Below are positions 40,001 to 43,577 of a stretch of 43,577 nt of DNA, in pieces. The DNA is from Macrostomum lignano. Its lineage: Eukaryota. Where the stretch lies: positions 1-43,577 of the forward strand of contig NIVC01004512.1 in NCBI GenBank assembly GCA_002269645.1, read 5' to 3'. Numbering within the stretch: the first letter of the stretch is position 1; every line of letters begins with the position of its first letter. A model generated the notes under the pieces. That model was not told the DNA's origin. It made no database searches and worked only from the letters and a program-made list of their open reading frames with translations. The translations under genes were made by a program, and so were the position numbers.

Positions 40001-43000
40001 ATGCTCGCTTGACCAATGGCTGGTACTGAACTAATAATTCATACGATACATAATGGTTAATACTTTCTAACTCCGTACAGCTCACAAGTTTCTACTCTCT
40101 ACCTTATCAGTAACATTAAAATAAAAAGGTAAAATTTGCTGGTTTTGTGCCTTGTTTGCTTACTTTTCTATTAAAATACTTGCGGTTTATAATTGAAAAT
40201 GTCTGCTTTTTATTCAATTTTATGTGGTTTGAAGGTTTATTTTTGCTAAAATGCCTGGTTTCTTATAAAAATTTCTACTCTCGACAATGATTGTGTCAGC
40301 TATTTCATTAAAATAACCTACTTTTTGAATAAAACGTTGTATTTAAGCCCCTAGTTTTTTCAAAACATAATTGAAACAGCTTACATAGAGCATGCAGACC
40401 CCGAAACCCCTCTAGTGTGCCCTGATTTCAGCGGTCTGACGGTTAAGATCTGTATTTTTACACTATATTTTCCTTCATACAGCAATACAGGAGGGTATGG
40501 AAGAGTGAGTCTGGCGGGAGAGGGGGCTTGTGGGGTGATGAGGATGCGTACACACAGTTTAGCCTGTTTTAGCCTACCTTTTGGGCTAATATACTTACTA
40601 TTATTACTACCATTATACCTACTATGTACATACTATTATACTACCCGCTATTAAATATGCTGCACTAAAACCAACTTTTGAAAATACATAGCGTGTTTTG
40701 GTCTATTCTCCCTCACGTCTCTGTCCCTACACGTGCTCTGCCCGCTTTGGTCTCTGTTTGTGTACCTCTCTGTAACGTCTCTGTACGCTCAGACTGGTTT
40801 CTCCGTCCCGCACGCGCCTCTACTAAAGTTTGCTGTTACCTACCCCTACACACTGCTCTCTGTCTCCCTCCGCGCACACCTCACTGCCCTTGCATGTAAT
40901 TTGCATGCCTTGCATGCCCTGTCCTGCCCTCGCGTGGGTCCCTGCCTATACATAGCTACCGGACCCTACCTCTCTCTGTGCCTTGCTCGCAACTCTGTCC
41001 CAGGCCCCCCTTCATACTTCTCTGTCCCAGGCCCCCCTTCATACTTCTCTGTCCCGGGCTGTAACTGGCTGACACGCGCCTCTCTGTTCCCCAGCCTGCG
41101 TGGCTGCCTACCCTGCACACTGCTCTCTGTCCCCCTCCGCGCCTCTCTATCATCCTATTCCTGCAGCTGACCGTGCCGTTCAGCTCTGTCCACGCACGGC
41201 TCCACCCCTGCCCGTGTCTCACTGTACACTGCTCCCTGCTGCATGGCTCCCTTACCCTGCGCGTTTGCTTCCTATCTCCCTCCTGCTCCATATGTTTCTG
41301 TTCCCTCACACTACGCACACGTGGCTGGCTCTCTGTCCAAACACATCTCTGCTCCTCCACTCTATCCTCGCGTGGCCCCTTGACGGTTCGCATGCCCCTG
41401 CATACCCTGCCTGCCTCTCTGTCCCCTGCAACTGGGGAGGGAGCTCTCTATCCTCTGTATGGCTTTCTCTGTGGGGTGTGTGTGACTCACACTACCTCTC
41501 TGTCCTAGCATGCGCCTCTCTATCCGGCTCCTGCAGCAGGCTGTGTTATTCACATCTCTTTCCACCCACCCTCTGCCCGTACACGCTCAGTGTACAGGGC
41601 TGCGTCAGCATCGGGGTTAAAACTTCTCGCTCCCTATGCTTCAACAGTATAACAACCTAGTGGCTGGTTCTCTGTCCGCCCCACCCCTCTCTGCCCGTAC
41701 ACTCTCACTGTACAGGGCTGCGTCAGCGTTAGGGTTGAAACTTCTCGCTCCCTATACCCCACAACCGTGTAGTGTCCTAGTATGGGCGCGACCTGGGTTC
41801 GATTTCGCTAGTTGAGATGTAGGTGAGAGAGGGGAAGAGGCCCGTATCGATGACTACATATCGGTGTACACACATATCGGGAGAGTGTACACTCGGGGTG
41901 CCTGCGGCATGGGCGCCTGCTGCATGGGCGCCTGCGGCTCGGGAGGGTGCGCTTGGGATCTGATTGATTTGGGATCTGATTGATTTGGGATCTGATTGAT
42001 TTATTGGGATCTAATATCGGTAGGTGCGCCTGCGGCTGGGGAGGGTCGCGGTTCGAGTCGCCGATATCGATACGGGTATCGATCACCTAGTGATCGGGCG
42101 CCAGCCAATGAGAGGCGAGGAGGGTTGACACCCACCTCACAAAATCAAGCCATACGGAATCCCTTAGTAGTGGGTAGCTGAGTGTATAAATGGTTGCTGA
42201 GTGTTGATTAAGGGTAGCTGAAGGGTTAGCTGACTGTACGAGTATAAATGGTTGCTGAGTGTCTTTAGATGTAGCTAAGTAGGATGTGGAGGCTGAGTGT
42301 ATAAATGATTGCTGAGTGTTGATAAAGGGTAGCTGCAGGGGTAGCTGAGTGTCTATAGATGTAGCTGCAGGGTAGCTGAGTGTCTATAGATGTAGCTGCA
42401 GGGGTAGCTGAGTGTCTATAGATGTAGCTGCAGGGGTAGCTGAGTGTCTATAGATGTAGCTGAAGGGTAGCTGAGTTCTATAGATGTAGCTGAAGGGGTA
42501 GCTGAGTGTCTATAGATGTAGCTGAAGGGTAGTTGAGTGTCTATAGATGTAGTTGAAGGGGTAGCTGAGTGTATAAAATGGTTGCTGAGTGTTGATTAAG
42601 GGTAGCTGAAGGGTTAGCTGACTGTACGAGTATAAATGGTTGCTGAGTGTCTTTAGATGTAGCTAAGTAGGATGTGGGAGGCTGAGTGTATAAATGATTG
42701 CTGAGTGTTGATAAATGGTAGCTGCAGGGGTAGCTGAGTGTCTATAGATGTAGCTGAAGGGTAGCTGAGTGTCTATAGATGTAGCTGAAGGGGTAGCTGA
42801 GTGTCTATAGATGTAGCTGAATGGGTAGCTGAGTGTCTATAGATGTAGCTGAAGGGTAGCTGAGTGTCTATAGATGTAGCTGAAGAGGTAGCTGAGTGTC
42901 TATAGATGTAGCTGAAGGGTAGCTGAGTGTCTATAGATGTAGCTGAAGGGGTTGCTGAGTGTCTATAGATGTAGCTGAAGGGGTAGCTGAGTGTCTATAG

Positions 43001-43436
43001 ATGTAGCTGAAGGGTTGCTGAGTGTCTATAGATGTAGCTGAAGGGGTTGCTGAGTGTCTATAGATGTAGCTGAAGGGGTTGCTGAGTGTCTATAGATGTA
43101 GCTGAAGGGGTAGCTGAGTCGGACTGTCTACCTCCGACTCAAGGGTAGCTGAGGTGCGCGCCTGTACACCGGACTGAAACTGGGCCAGTTACTAACTAAG
43201 CTAAGCCTCCGAAAACCCTCAGAACTGCCAAGTGTACCCCAACAATGGCCAGGCTTACATCACATTCTGCTATCCTGAGCATGCGCAAGAGTTTCTTCAG
43301 AGATTCAATCGGTAATTGATGAGAATATTTATATTTGTTCTCTCAAAGATTGCATTGTACTTACAAATTTCATGACTCCTTTGTTTCTTTCAGAGCGCAC
43401 CTGAAAGGCTACCAACTGCAGCTGACCCTATGCTAA
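31081..43436 (+). CDS. RBM33-like RNA-binding protein: acidic N-terminus, coiled coil, P/Q-rich region, C-terminal RRM split over three exons
   Basis: Exons 31081-32460, 43223-43311 and 43394-43436 have consistent phases (0, 2) across a 10.76-kb intron 1. The spliced RRM is SVRIANCPPGTGPNDLKVYTELVGPVQ|NCQVYPNNGQAYITFCYPEHAQEFLQRFNR|AHLKGYQLQLTLC*. It resembles the recalled RBM33 C-terminal RRM (..VGPIQ..EPAHALAFQQKFHRH..). Orthology is from memory, so no symbol is given. Confidence 0.8.
32520..33355. repeat. 32-bp satellite (TAGCTGAGTGTCTATAGATGTAGCTGAAGGGG), left of the palindrome
   Basis: Tandem units in intron 1 of the RBM33-like gene. Confidence 0.95.
33356..42171. mobile_element. 8.8-kb palindromic (foldback-like) non-coding insertion; arms 33356-37730 and 37806-42171, spacer 37731-37805
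   Basis: The right arm is the reverse complement of the left along its length. Mirrored ORF pairs in the track confirm this, e.g. 33873-34433/41100-41660, 34880-35119/40415-40654 and 36801-37064/38470-38733. Termini are ACTACTAAGGGATTCCGTATGG...CCATACGGAATCCCTTAGTAGT, with GGGTA on both sides. Confidence 0.92.
42172..43115. repeat. Same 32-bp satellite, right of the palindrome, same orientation
   Basis: The array resumes in register after the duplicated GGGTA. Confidence 0.95.
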
Positions 43437-43577
43437 ATAATTAACTTATTTCATCTGAACCATTTGCTTACTGTCCTGATTTGTTTTAATCAACTCTTTA
43501 TCCTGTTTTGCTATAAATAACGTTTTTTAAAATTCCTTTCCAAACACAATCTTCCCTAGTCTTGGTGTTCAGTGACT

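Noticed and set aside
33873-41660. ORFs of 60-186 aa within the palindrome arms as element-encoded proteins
   Set aside because: No recognisable transposase, Rep/HUH, integrase, RT or capsid motifs. Composition reflects GA/CT-rich repeats, and frames differ between arms at homopolymers.

Overview
Eukaryotic (animal) genomic DNA with GT-AG spliced genes, GC-rich exons and introns filled with tandem repeats. The style recalls flatworm assemblies such as Macrostomum, but that is an inference. I reconstructed five spliced genes by hand: (1) a 16+ exon WD40-repeat gene on the minus strand running off the left edge; (2) CFAP276/C1orf194, head-to-head with it; (3) a tetraspanin; (4) a PDE9-like phosphodiesterase; (5) an RBM33-like acidic/Q-rich protein with a C-terminal RRM. 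There are about 20 mini/microsatellite arrays, a tRNA-headed SINE with a 12-bp TSD, and three MITEs with clean TSDs. The outstanding feature is an 8,816-bp element (33356-42171) that is almost entirely one palindrome. It has two ~4.37-kb near-identical arms around a 75-bp hairpin-rich spacer, ACTACT...AGTAGT termini and a GGGTA target-site duplication. It has no recognisable transposase and sits in a satellite inside intron 1 of the RBM33-like gene. Most long ORFs in the supplied track are translated tandem repeats and are not genes. Repeat boundaries are approximate; exon coordinates were counted by hand.
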